Shown here: positions 13,622-27,099 of the stretch, one piece after another
Numbering within the stretch: position 1 is the first letter of the stretch
Layout: the number at the start of each line of letters is the position of its first letter
Assembly: GCF_006345805.1 (NCBI RefSeq)
Contig: NC_043009.1
Span: 49,786,001 to 49,850,000, forward strand
Source of the DNA: Octopus sinensis
Taxonomy: Eukaryota
DNA length: 64,000 nucleotides
Direction: 5' to 3'
The notes under the pieces: generated by a model
Databases searched by the model: none
The model's input: the letters and a program-made list of their open reading frames with translations, nothing else
What the model was told of the DNA's origin: nothing
Program-made: the position numbers and the translations under genes

Positions 13622-13935
13622 GTCTGTCTATCGATTGATAAATCGATCTATCTATCTATCCATCCAGCCATCCAACCATCTATTTATCTATCAATCCATC
13701 TAGCTATCTTTTTAAAGAAGTGGAAAAATTCATTAGTAACAAACGCCAGATATAGCGAGCCTTAACAAATGGAAACTGAACAGAATGCTTTTGATGTACG
13801 ATTACTTTTTTGGCAGAATGAGGAAGAGACATTCCAGCCTGTTCTACTGTTGTCATTCCTAAATATTATCTTTTCATCTGTTTTATTTATCCATTATTGG
13901 AATTTTTATTTACAGAAAGGAAAATTTATATACAC

Positions 13936-13979
<44 letters not shown>

Positions 13980-14196
13980 ATGTATATATATATATATATA
14001 AATGTACACAGACAAACACATATAGACGTATATATTATACATATTCATGCATGTACACTTAAGATATACATACACAAACAATACACACACAAAGACACAC
14101 CAAAAATGAATTAACAAATGAATAAATTTGAATCAGAACAACAACGACAATAACGCGACCACTACCGTCCCTAACACAACCACCACCACCACCACT

Positions 14197-14227
<31 letters not shown>

Positions 14228-14739
14228 TCCAATGCAAAAGCAACAACACAAGCGAATTATTCATCTCCTATGATTTGTAGTTTCACACATCAAACTAAGA
14301 ATAGAAATATCCTTATTTAAGTGCCATTAATTCCAACTTCTTCACTGGCTTTCTCCAGAAAATGTCTGATAAATGAAAATTTTTCTTATTATCATCTTGC
14401 TATTTTATTTCTTAATGATAGCAAGAGTTTTAATTTAGCTTTTCGAATCACTGAAATGGTCTGCCATTGTGATTGCAAACAATACTGCCATTATACTCCT
14501 GTTTAATTATTTGGCTAAATTGTTATTGGAAGCAAGTCTTGCAATTGAAATGAATGTGAAATTTCTAGTTTTCTCCATCCTCCCCACCGCCTTGATACTG
14601 TCGCTTTTATCTAGCTAGATATTTTGCCTTTGCTAGTGTTGGTGTTGGTGTCGATGTCGGCGGCGAAGGTGGCATTAAATTTTAGCTTAGATTCGTAATG
14701 GGAGAGGTGGTTGGGAAATAGCAAAATAGTAATAGTAAT

Positions 14740-14787
14740 AATAAAAACAACAATAATCCTTATTATTATTATTATTATTATTATTTA

Positions 14788-14861
<74 letters not shown>

Positions 14862-14880
14862 GATTATTATTGTGTAAATA
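14740..14880. repeat. (ATT)n microsatellite
   Basis: Direct reading. Confidence 0.95.
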
Positions 14881-15951
14881 TACCAGTTTGCCTGTCTCTC
14901 TGTCTATCTGGTTGTCTGGGTTTGTCTGGTCACTGAGACAAAAAAAAGAGCAGTCAGTGAGTGTGAAAAACGATCTGTGATTTACAAAAGAAAAAATAGA
15001 AGAAAGAAATTGACTGGAAAGTACATAACATAGATATTCCCAAGGTGTAAATTTCAAATGATTATTAGTATTATTATTGTTCTACTACTACTACAACTAC
15101 TACTACTACTACTACTACTCCTACTACTACTACTAGTAGTTATCATCATGATCATCATCATTGTCATCAGCATTGTTGCTATTGTTATTTTTCATTTGCT
15201 AAAAGTCTCATTAAAACAAAAAGTTTTTGTGAGAAATGCATTGTGTCCTGAACTGTCATATCATATATAATGTCAGCTAACACCAAAAGTGAACTGCGCA
15301 GTGGGTTAGCAGACACGAATGACAAGGAACAGGACAACTTGAGGCAGAATTAAGTAACAGTTCTTCACTTATAAGTTGCTTAGTGCAAAGCTGCTAGTGT
15401 GGAGGGAGATCGGATGGATTGAAGAGCAGTGTCTAGAAGGTGGATTAGATCCTGCCAACCGTTTTGTTTCTTTCTTGCTTTGTCCACCACCACCACCAAC
15501 TCCAATTCTCCTGACGGAGAGGTGAGAATGAAATAGATAGATAGAGGTGAGAAGATAGATAGAGAGAAAGAGAGAGACAAAGACAGAAAAAGAGGAAGTG
15601 AGAGAGATGAATGAAACCCGTAAGACTGGTCAAAGCGTCAATAAGAATTCTCTAATCTAATAAATGTTGTCATCCTGCATACCAAGTGGCAATTTTAGTG
15701 CACACTGTTCTCCTAGGTCCTGCTCATCAACATTGAAAAACATCAACTACAACTACAATGTGACATCATAAGTAATGAAGAATATTCCCAAACTGCTCTC
15801 CAGCCAGGTATTATTATTATCACTACCACCACCACCACCACCACCACCACCATCATCTTAATAATCATTGTCATCATCATCATCATCATCATCATCATTA
15901 TCATTGTTACTATTATCATTGTTATTATTATTATTATTATCATTATTATTA

Positions 15952-15998
<47 letters not shown>

Positions 15999-16076
15999 AG
16001 CATTCCCCTGCTCTCTCAGTGACACAAGGGGACTGCATTGCTCACCATAAATAATAGTAAATATTAAAGTAGCATT

Positions 16077-16122
16077 GCTGATGATGACACTGACAATGAG
16101 GGTGGTTGTGATGATGATGAAT

Positions 16123-16184
<62 letters not shown>

Positions 16185-16238
16185 TATGATGATGATAATC
16201 ATGATGATGCTGGAGATGATAATGATGATGATGATGAA

Positions 16239-16278
<40 letters not shown>

Positions 16279-16367
16279 TTGATGATGATGATGAAGATGA
16301 TGAAGATGATGATGATGAAGATGATGATGATGAAGATGATGAAGATGATGAAGATGATGATGATGAA

Positions 16368-16401
<34 letters not shown>

Positions 16402-16448
16402 TTGATGAAGATGATGATGATGAAGATGATGAAGATGATGATGATGAA

Positions 16449-16500
<52 letters not shown>

Positions 16501-16585
16501 TTGATGATGATGATGATGATGAAGATGATGATGATGATGGTGATGATGATGATGAAGATGATGATGATGAAGATGATGATGATGG

Positions 16586-16640
<55 letters not shown>

Positions 16641-16672
16641 GAAGATGATGATGATGAAGATGATGATGATGG

Positions 16673-16712
<40 letters not shown>
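16077..16712. repeat. long interrupted (GAT)n repeat with higher-order structure
   Basis: About 630 bp of GAT with GAA/GTT/GGT interruptions; GGT units at 16539/16584 recur at 16626/16671 (87-bp duplication). Confidence 0.95.
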
Positions 16713-16713
<1 letters not shown>

Positions 16714-17613
16714 CAAGTGGTTTTGACATGTGTTGGTTAGCAGTTAAGATGAAGATATAGAGGTGGAGAGGTTTGCAATGATAATAATGCTGGTGGGAAT
16801 TGTGATAATGAAACATTGGTGGTTGGTGGTAAAAGCTGGTGCTGACGAGTGGTGTTTATGGCAGCAGAAGCTTACCATAATGATGTTGGTGACAATAGCT
16901 GTTGAGGTTACAAGCAGGGATAATAACCAGCGTATAGTAGTGATATATGGTGGCATGTCACTATGTCAAGTTAGCACAGGTGCCAGAAATCATAGTTAGA
17001 GGACACTTCAGTAATAAACTGTGGAGAAAAGGAAAAAAAAAGGAAGATGGGAAGAAGAAAGAATACGAGAAAAGATGAAACAAATGAAGTGAGGGGGGAA
17101 AGATGAAGAGAAGACAAGGATGAGGATGAGAAACATGAAAAGAAAGAATAGAAGATGGCAAAAGTAAGATAGAAAGAAAAGGTGTAAAGATGATAATGAC
17201 ATCAGAGATGAGACTATAGCCACCAAATATTAAATTTATGTACTTCAGTAACTGACAATGGAGTCAGGAATGTCAGTAAGTTAGACGAGTTTCTTCATGC
17301 TACTATATAACATTAATTTGAACATATGAAACCGTGTACAGATTTATGTTTGCTACAAGTCGACACCAAGTCAAAAGGCTGTTTTTGTACTGCGCATCTC
17401 GAAGTACATTATTCTACATCTAAAATTAATATGGAAGGTTCATGGCTGGAATGGCTTTGATCATAGATTTGCTTATTCAGGCTGACCTTGGGTTAACAAC
17501 GACAACAGTTTTTATACTTTTCTTAATAATGAAGAGCATTTTCTAGTACGGACAGTAGAAACAGAGAAACAAAGAGACAGATATATAACTCGCACTAGTC
17601 CAGTTCACCTCCT

Positions 17614-17822
17614 CATCATCATCATCTTTATCATTTAACATCCATTTTCCATGATGGCATGGATTAGATGGTTTGGCAGGAACAGGAAAGTCAGAAGATT
17701 GCACCAAGTTCTGCTGTCTGTTTTGGCATGGTTTCTACAACTGGATACCCTTCCTAACAAAAACCACTTTACAGAGGGTACTGGGTGCAGTGAGGTCACC
17801 AAGTAACTTGCAAGACAAGACC
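17614..17822 (-). mobile_element. RTE LINE 3' UTR fragment
   Basis: (CAT)n tail and CTGGATACCCTTCCTAAC motif, as in 63200-63462. Confidence 0.75.
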
Positions 17823-18160
17823 CCTTGAACTGGTAGGTTCACTTGACTGAAATTAATTATTGCTCATGTTGTTGTTAGGGTGATGGAGTGGCAGAATTGT
17901 AAGAGTATTATACAAAATGCATTGTTGTATTTGTTCAATCTCTTTACATTTTGAGTTCAAATGCTGCTGAGATCAACTTTACTAATTATTCTTCAGGATT
18001 AAAGAAAGAAAGTAGAATCAGTTGACTGTCAATTTGTGCCGACATGCAAGGGGTTAGAAGAGAACAGTTGAATTAAAACCCTCACCCCAAATGAGAGGGC
18101 TCCTCAGACACACCGGCTGGGGTACATAGAAGTCACATCAATATTTCTAATATACAATAA

Positions 18161-18380
18161 GGTGGTGAGCTGGCAGAATTGTTAGCATGCCAGGCAAATT
18201 GCTTAGCAGTATGTCCTCTATCTTCACATTCTGAGTTCAAATTTTATCTAGGTCGACTTTGCCGTTCATCCCTTTCAGAGTTAACGGAATAGGTATCAGT
18301 TTAGCACCGGGGGTGATGTAATCGACTTACACCTGCTCCAAGGTTGCTGGCCTTGTGCTAAAATCTGAAACCAATATTTC
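18161..18380 (+). mobile_element. SINE family B variant (different tail)
   Basis: GGTGAGCTGGCAGAA head, GAGTTCAAAT B-box, GTCGACTTTGCC body, tail GCTGGCCTTGTGCTAAAATCTGAAACC. Confidence 0.75.
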
Positions 18381-19069
18381 TTTTATGCAATAACTTCTAT
18401 TACTGTCAATGCTATGCTCACACACACACACATTCTGTCTGACTCTCACTAGGACAACCCTGATTAAGCAGAGCCAATATTAAAAGTTGTAACCATAAAT
18501 CATCTTATCTATTTGTATATCGAAAGGACTGTCCTATGTGCCCTTCCCTTTTAAGATGATTGTGTGTAAATGGAGGGAGTCTGGCTCCAGTGTATATCAT
18601 GACGAGTGACTACACAGAACCTCCCTCATTTGCTCAACTGAAATTTGGTTGGTATGACAAGCAGGTAATGCTCACAACTAAATAAGCAATAAATTTACTA
18701 TAGAAATTGATCAGATATCTTTTATTGAACTCCTGCAGAAAACCAGGTTATCAGTTTACCACTAAGACCACTTCAGGAAGAACAATCAAACAATCAACAA
18801 ATGAAAACAAGTGAAATATATGACCAGGAATTAATACAGAACAGCATAGTTGATATCACTAAAGGCAGCTATAAATTAAGCATATGGCCAATGCAGAGGG
18901 TGAACATGTAGTCTCATTAGGTAAGGAGGAGTCTTTAGTGCATTGCTCAGCCTGCTAGAAATATTTGGCTCGGATCAACTAATAAGGAACACTGTAATTG
19001 ATGCCTTTGAATTGCGTAGCTGGCTAATGAAGGTGATAATTACATGGCCACATGTACCAACAAGGAGTC

Positions 19070-19260
19070 ATGCAGCTGCTTGAATTGCTAGAAATAGTAG
19101 CCAAATTGTCTTAAAATGCTGCCCTAATGCCTATATTGGATAATGTAGTCTTAGTACACTATTCATGGAAAAAGGAGAAAGAAAAGACTGGATTGTCATA
19201 GCTGGAATGCTTTTGGTCATAAGTCTATAATGGTAAGGGCTGCTAACTTGGAGCCAACGA
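19070..19260 (-). repeat. old interspersed repeat, family D
   Basis: GCTAGAAATAGTAGCCAAA ... GCTGGAATGCTTTTGGTCATAAGTCT is the reverse complement of the D motifs. Confidence 0.55.
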
Positions 19261-21139
19261 TTTTTGATAAACTCCATAACCTTTTAGGTGATTCTGTCAT
19301 GAAGTATGTCTAAAATAACTAAACATGGCAGAGCCCATCTATCACCAAATTACATTTGTAGAATTATTTGAAGCCAGCACTGCAAGCTCACAAAACACTT
19401 GTCGATTGATGAGTATTCCTGCTGCAAACAGCCACTGAGCTTTACCACTCTGGTTAGGTGGACTTAGTCACCTAAAAATTAATGTAAAGGTCTTGGCTAT
19501 AGACTCAGTGCAGTACAGGGAATAGAATATGAAATGTTCATATGTTGGCTGGCAGTTTTGGCACTTTATCAAGTTGGACAGCTGCGACACTGAATTACAT
19601 CACCTCCACATTAATAATGAATTAGATGTGAAGATGATAGAAGTTACAAATAAAAGTGACATCATTCTGTACATTGGAGATTTAGGTGTGTTAATGAATA
19701 AAGAAACATCAGAGAATAATGTATCCGTCTTTCTATCACTAATGCTGGATTGACATTTCTGAGCGATGATCTGTTTAGATGTGTGTGTATATATTTTGAT
19801 GCATCAATATGTTGTAAGGAAAAGTATGTATTTATGCATGAGTGTGGTTTGCAAAAATGCATGTGTGCATATGTAGCTATATTAGAAGATGGACATCAGT
19901 GAGCAAAGCTCACTTCAGGTATATGTGTGTGTGTGTGTGTGTGTGAGTGCCTGTGTCTGTCTGTCCATGTGTTTATATGTTGTCCAGTGAATGTGCAAAT
20001 GCATGTGTGTATATGTAACATTCCCCACTGGTGGCTGGACATTTACAAATTGATCTGTTAAACTGTGTACGTATGATGTGTTGTGCTCTGTGTCTATATG
20101 TGAATATGCTGTTGAGTGAATGTGAAAACTGATTCAAGAGTATGTTCTGCACAAAAGAATTTGTATTTATGTAACTATCACCGTTAGTGGAAGAACATTT
20201 GCGAGAGTAGCAATCTGGTTAGATGCGTATATATGTTGTATTTTATTGCATGTCTGTATGGGTATGTTGTCAAGTGAATGTGTAGGTTTATACATGAGCA
20301 TGCTCTGTATAAATGTCGGTGTGTACTGGTCTATGTTGTATGACTATTTGGAAATGTATGCATGCGTGTGTATGGAAATAAAAAAAAAAAGGGGACCGAG
20401 AAAGAGGTAGAAGGTCAGTGAGAGTGAGAATGCATACAATTATGACTTCCAGACTAAAATACATTACGAGATCGAATAAAATTTCTAAAGCTGTCGCACC
20501 CATTACTTTTATGTGTTCAAATTGGAAATTATACATACACAGATACATTGGAATATAAACGTAGATTTGCATACACGTATCTATGCGTGTGTGTTTGTGA
20601 GTGTGTGAGTGTGTGTGTGTGTGTGTGTGTATGTATGTGTGTGTTTGTGTGTGTGTGTGCGCACATGCATACATACCTATATGTGTGCACACACACACGC
20701 ATAGATATGTATATGAAATCAAATGTTTGAAATTTCAAAACCAGTTGTTGGTTGTTTTTGAGATGAGGAAAGGTGTTAGGCTGCATACAAATTTATGTAT
20801 ATTGTAAATAAAAGATTTGCAATAAAACTTCAGTAACTACAGTAACAAACAAATTATTATTGGGTTTCTAACAATTGGCTCAAGCACTTCTTTTTCACCT
20901 CGCCAGAAGGTGCTTTGCATAGTAAATATATTCTGGCTTTTCACTGATAGGAATAATCCTGGGAGACGAAGACATGGGAACAACATACTGCAGCAGCAGC
21001 AGCAACATCAGCATCAGCAGCAGTAGCATCAGCAATGAAACATCAAGAAAAGTTAATAAAATTAAATAAAAACAACCAAAAATAAAAAAAAAAATGAAGA
21101 GAATCAATTATGAGCAATGAAACAGGGAGAAGAATTTTA

Positions 21140-21250
<111 letters not shown>

Positions 21251-21296
21251 CGTACATACATTCACACATACATACACATGCACATTCACACACACA

Positions 21297-21333
<37 letters not shown>

Positions 21334-21433
21334 ATGTGAAGAAAAAGACATAAAGTAAGAGAAATAAAGTTTTATATTTATCAGATAAGAAGATTCGAAA
21401 AATTTAACACAATTTTTATTTCTTTTCCAACAC

Positions 21434-21520
<87 letters not shown>

Positions 21521-23029
21521 AGCACTCATACAAGCATCACCATAAATAAGTTTCTAAGAAGTAGCTCCCAGCATCTTCATATGGTGAAATGGCATGGATA
21601 AGCTAAGGTTGAAGTGGAGGATAGGGATAAAAATTTCTTAGCCATTTTGTTTGTTTGTTTATTTTACCATTCACTGTTGTTGTTGTTGTTGTTGTTGCTG
21701 TTGCTGGTTGGGGTGGAGGCAGCTGCAGTGGTGGTGGTGTTGTTGTTCTGCAAAAGCTACTAAACAAGGGGAAACCTCAAGATAAAATGAAAAATGAGGA
21801 ATTCATATCAACCCCCCCCCCATCAACACCAGCAGCAAAACACCACCTCCAAACCCCACCACCATTAGCACCACCCCATCACCTACATCATTAACACCAC
21901 CACCACCACCACCACCACCATCACCATCACCGCCACTGTTGTCATAAGGGAACTACCTCCTAACCTACTCACCGAGAGAAGGTGCTGGTGTTTTGTACAC
22001 AAACACTGTGGTCAAAGGTGTTTACTAGAACAACACTGTACAGGAGGAACTGAGTGAAATAGTGGTGGTGGTGGTGGTGGCGGTTGTGATGTTGGCTTGA
22101 TGGTGAGGTCATGAGTGATGGTGGTGACGATGACAATGATGATGATGATGATGATGAAGATGCAAAACGCTTAAGAGAAAATTATCTGAGAAAGAACAAA
22201 GAAGAAAAGTTAAAACAAACAAACCCAACTATATAGCCCAAAACAAACCAAAATGTTGATACCATCTGTGAGTTATGAATTGGAAGAGTGTTTATAAGAG
22301 ATGTGTCCCCTCTTCTCTCGTTGTATCTTCTTTCTGCCCCATTATGCATAATGGGAAAAGAAGAAGAGCAGATCAAGAGGCGCTCTGGGGGTGGGAAGTG
22401 GAGGGGTAGAAAGGTGGTGGTAATAGTTGGGTTCAAGAAAAGTGCTCCCTGCATGGAGTTTTGATTGGAAACAAGAGAAATATGAAAGATGATGATGATG
22501 ATGATGATGATTATGATAATAATGATGATGATGATTGAAGAGGAGGACAAGTCCAAAGAAATGACAGATGATCATTTTTATTTGAAATTATATTTTATTC
22601 CATTTTGTTGCTAAGTACTTAGTTAAAAGTTTAGAAAATTGTTAAAATAAACAAAAATAATTAAAATATAATTCTTTTCACAGTGTACTAGGATTCTATA
22701 AATACAATTTACAAAATGAAATATAGGTTTTCTTATTCAATTTTTCTTTTTCCATTATTTCTAAAATTTGAAATAAAAACAAAAAAAAATGTAATCCACT
22801 AAAAGTTAGACAAAGTAGAAAAGAGTAAAATGCTTTATAATTTACTAACAAAAAAACAAAACAAAACAAAAATTTGATTAGTTCCTATTCTTAGCACACT
22901 GGTGAATTTGACCTGATGTCCACTGCACTTTAGTTGGGGTTCCCCAAGATATTGTCTGTTTCTTGAGCAAAAAATAAAAATATAAAAAGAGAATAAGTAA
23001 ATTTTTTGCAATTATTGGTGGTGGGTGTC

Positions 23030-23240
23030 ATCAATGTTTACGTTGCTGTTTAGTCCCAGGTGAGCTGTGGGCAATCAGACCAAGGGCGAAATATGTTGCA
23101 TCTGTGGGCAATCGTATCTTAAATTTCTCTAGGCTTATAATAAGGACACTGGATAACCTACATTATCCAGTGTCCTTATTTTTTTTTAATACAGTAGAGT
23201 GTGATTTCAGGGAGTTTTGGTGGTTAATTCTAGCAGGCTG
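23030..23240 (+). repeat. old interspersed repeat, family D, containing a perfect 18-bp hairpin
   Basis: GTTGCTGTTTAGTCCCAGGT start and TTCTAGCAGG end; CTACATTATCCAGTGTCCTT core. Confidence 0.55.
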
Positions 23241-24260
23241 TAGTTTTTAGGCAATAGTTTTAAAAAACTCCAGTTAGGTAGTGAAAAGAAGAAAGAAGGT
23301 GATAAAACGACAGTTTGTCTTTACTTGGAACTACTAAACTTAGAGAGATTCTGTAAAGGCAGCAGATTCTTTCCCATTTGATAGTGGTATTGGTGGTGGT
23401 GGTGGTGGTGATGGTTGCTGTTTTTCTCCCAAGTCAATCGTATGATTAAAGATATTCTAACCAGGACCATCTTGCCTTTCTAGATATCCGATATAGCTTT
23501 CTCATTTTCTTTTTTTTTTTTTGATTTGGTTGCTATTTCTAGCAGATTGAGCAAATTGAGATTCTTATGTTGGTTCTGGATGATGATGATGATGATGGAA
23601 GAGTGGGTGGGTATACTGATGACTGAATCCAATGTTATACGGTAAGAAGGCATAACTTACTGAGGAGATATCAAGTTATTTTTAAAATTACTTCACAAAA
23701 TTAGAAATTGGATTTAAAACACTAATAAGGAATAAGAGAAAAATAAATGGCCATAATTGAAATGAACCAACTTACATCACAGCAGGCAACGATTGAACAT
23801 ACCCCGCCTCTCTTTCTCACACACACACACATGCATAAAGATTCCAGGAATCCAGTGACACACAAGTGCTTGTACACACAAGATCACATTGTATACAATG
23901 AACAAAAATATATTATGTGGTTCTGGTATTTAAAGTCTTGCTCTATTTTATCTCTGCTTTTCGTATCGTTGAGAAATGAAATTATGTTCTTGGAATTTCA
24001 TCAGAATTTTTATTAGGCTGGTTTCTGTTTCAGTGATAGATGTAGTCACTACGCAACTATTTAAAATCTTTATTGAATACTGTCACTTGATGAACTCCAA
24101 CATCATATCACTTAAATTTTAGTACAAATATTAGATTGAATTGGAGCAGTGATTTATAGAACATCTTTAAAGACTTCTTCATTGTTCACCACTGCTTGTG
24201 GTGACTTAAAATTTATACAAATCTCATACTTGTATATATACATATGTGTGTGTGTGTGTA

Positions 24261-24762
24261 TGTACATTGAAATCCTGGAAATAATTGTTAAACCCTGGAT
24301 AGACAGTGTATACAATGGAAGGCCATATGTGTTTCAGTAAGACTCTGCACTATCACACATGGCTCTAGTAACACAGGAATGAATGGCTGAAAATGTTCAT
24401 GATCACACAACCCCTAACATTTGACCTCCTAATTTTCAAGATCTCAAGCCATTGGACTATTATACGTGGAGTGTTGTTGAGAGAGAGGTCAATGAACATG
24501 CCCATAACACCAAAGATTCTTTGAAAGCTGCCATGGTCAGAGTAATGTCCAAAATGAACCAGGACCACTTGATTTGAGCATGTAGATGATTTAGATCTCA
24601 TATAGAAGCAGTTGTTGAAGCTGAAGCTGGCTTTATTGAATAACATTATAGAAAAGAAGGTTTATTTTTATCCTCATAGCATTTTTTGATAAATAAAGTT
24701 ATTATCTATTATTATCTGTTTTTTTATAAACAAATCTGTCCTCAAATATCTTACACACCCTG
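24261..24762 (+). mobile_element. Tc1/mariner DD37D (maT-type) transposase remnant with right TIR
   Basis: Frame with stops: YIEILEIIVKPWIDSVYNGRPYVFQ*DSALSH...NI*PPNFQDLKPLDYYTWSVVEREVN...IEAVVEAEAGFIE*; 37 residues between the last two catalytic D; ends CACACCCTG|TA. Confidence 0.88.
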
Positions 24763-24799
24763 TATATATGACTGAATCTATATACACACATATATATAC

Positions 24800-25240
24800 C
24801 ATCATCATCATCATCATTTTATGCCTACTTCCATGCTTCTGCAAATTTCATTCACTTTGAGCACAAGATATTTCATAATATGTTAGTTCTCTAAACCAGC
24901 TCAGTCTTTTTTCTTACAAACTGTATTTAATTCTTGCTGTGTTCAAGGCCCATGTTTCACTAGCATGCATCACTGTTTTTCATGCACAACCTTTTACCGT
25001 TTAATCTGAAGAAAAAGCCTTTTGTTGATACTAGAAGTAATAGCTCCCCGAACTTTTTCCAGCCAGTTATTACTCTGGCTACTATGCTTTCTCAATAACT
25101 ACTCTTGCTGCTAATTAGGTCCCCTAGGTAATGAAGCTATCAACTACTTCTGGAGAGCTGTCTGGGTATTGAAAAGGGTCTATTCCACACATGCTCTTAG
25201 TATTTATTGTCCCTATGCACCTGCCACATGCGAAACCTAC
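24800..25240 (-). mobile_element. RTE LINE ORF2 remnant joined to (GAT)n tail (internally deleted)
   Basis: Minus-strand translation with frameshifts: EVVDSFHYLGDLISS...SIVARVITGWKKFGELL...TVMHASETWAL, matching the RTE post-RT region. Confidence 0.8.
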
Positions 25241-25487
25241 CTTCTCTGTTAACCTGCCTGTGATCTCATTACATTTCTTGTGCATTTATAATTCACACAC
25301 ACACACAGATATAAATATATACATATAGAGAGAGATTGTATATATGCGAATGTATGTGAATGAATATGTGTGTCTATGTTTCTATATATACTCATATTTT
25401 TATGCGTCTTTATAAACAAAACAATACTTTTTCCTGTTATGACTTTTATGTTCTCAATTTCTACCATATTTTGGTCTGAAATAATTT

Positions 25488-25522
<35 letters not shown>

Positions 25523-25907
25523 TCTTATCAGTTATATGCACAAAATTTATGGAAGATATTATGATGATATAAATATGTACAACTAAGCATACATTTTTTA
25601 CAAGCTGAAAGCGTTATAAAAATAGCTTTAATGCCCATTTTTCTCAAATACCATCACAATACCAACCAATGTTCTCAGTCAAAATATATATATATACATT
25701 CATACATACATATGTATACATACATATGTGTGTGTGTGTGTGTGTGTGCGTGTGTGTTTGTGTATGTATGTGTAGATGTATGTATCTATCAATATATATA
25801 TATATATCTTTTGCAACTATTTATACTTACTTAACTCTTTTGAATCCATATTTTTTTTACAAAATATAACATTTTTTTTTAATTTTGAAAATAATTAAGG
25901 AATTAAT

Positions 25908-26250
<343 letters not shown>

Positions 26251-26858
26251 TCTGAACAATTTCTGTTTACTAAATTTCACTCACATAGCATTGGTCAGCT
26301 GAGGCTATAGCAGAAAACATGGATCTAAAGTGACATGCAGAGGCAGAAACCCAAAGTAAACTTCTTATCTATACAACTATGTCTGTATCCAACATGCCTG
26401 CATATAGCAGAAGGTTTTAATTTAACTATGGATAGTTTTATATTGTAGAATCAGTGTTGGGTTGCTATCAAAAGAACTTGCCGAGGTGTGTACTGTATTT
26501 TGCATGTTTACTAATAACAAATTCAAAGATGCAAGGGAGGAGAGATATAACCTTGATTTGAACCCTGAGATTGAAGAAGTGTCAAAAATAACAATAACAA
26601 CAACACCAGCTTAAATTCTCAATCGTGACAAATCTTTCAATGCAAATTAATAAGATCGTGATTAAGAAGAAAAAATTATGAATAAACTGCAATTTTCACA
26701 CTTCAAAGTAGCAGAGAAAAGGAACATTCTACTTTTAGAAATGTCCAACCCTCTTGACTTATTATGTAAATGAATTATGGAAATCAAAGTTGTTGAACCC
26801 TAGATCAACAAATAGAAGAAGGAGAGCCAGTCTGTCCTTTTTATTATTTGAAGTATAA

Positions 26859-27099
26859 GGCAGCTCTAAGGCAGTGAGCTGGCAGAAACGTTAGTGCGCC
26901 GGGCGAAATGCTTAGCGATATTTCATCTGTTGTTATGTTCTGAGTTCAAATTCCGCCGAGGTCGACTTTGCCTTTCATCCTCTCGGGGTCGATAAATAAA
27001 GTACCAGTTTTGCACTGGGTCGATGTAATCGACTTAATCCCTTTGTCTGTCCCTGTTTGTCCCCTCTATGTTTAGCCCCTTGTGGGTAGTAAAGAAATA
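26859..27099 (+). mobile_element. SINE family B with 17-bp TSD
   Basis: TSD TATTATTTGAAGTATAA at 26842-26858 and 27100-27116. Confidence 0.93.

Noticed and set aside
16042-16816. Poly-His, poly-Met and poly-Ser ORFs
   Set aside because: Alternative frames of the same (GAT)n array.
19529-19753. ORF with faint resemblance to a Penelope RT (YIGDL...KETSENN..FL)
   Set aside because: The catalytic DD is absent and the spacing is wrong; the similarity is too weak.
20955-21070. Poly-Gln or poly-Ser frame after a plausible acceptor
   Set aside because: A short (CAG)n repeat with an early stop; indistinguishable from the surrounding microsatellites.
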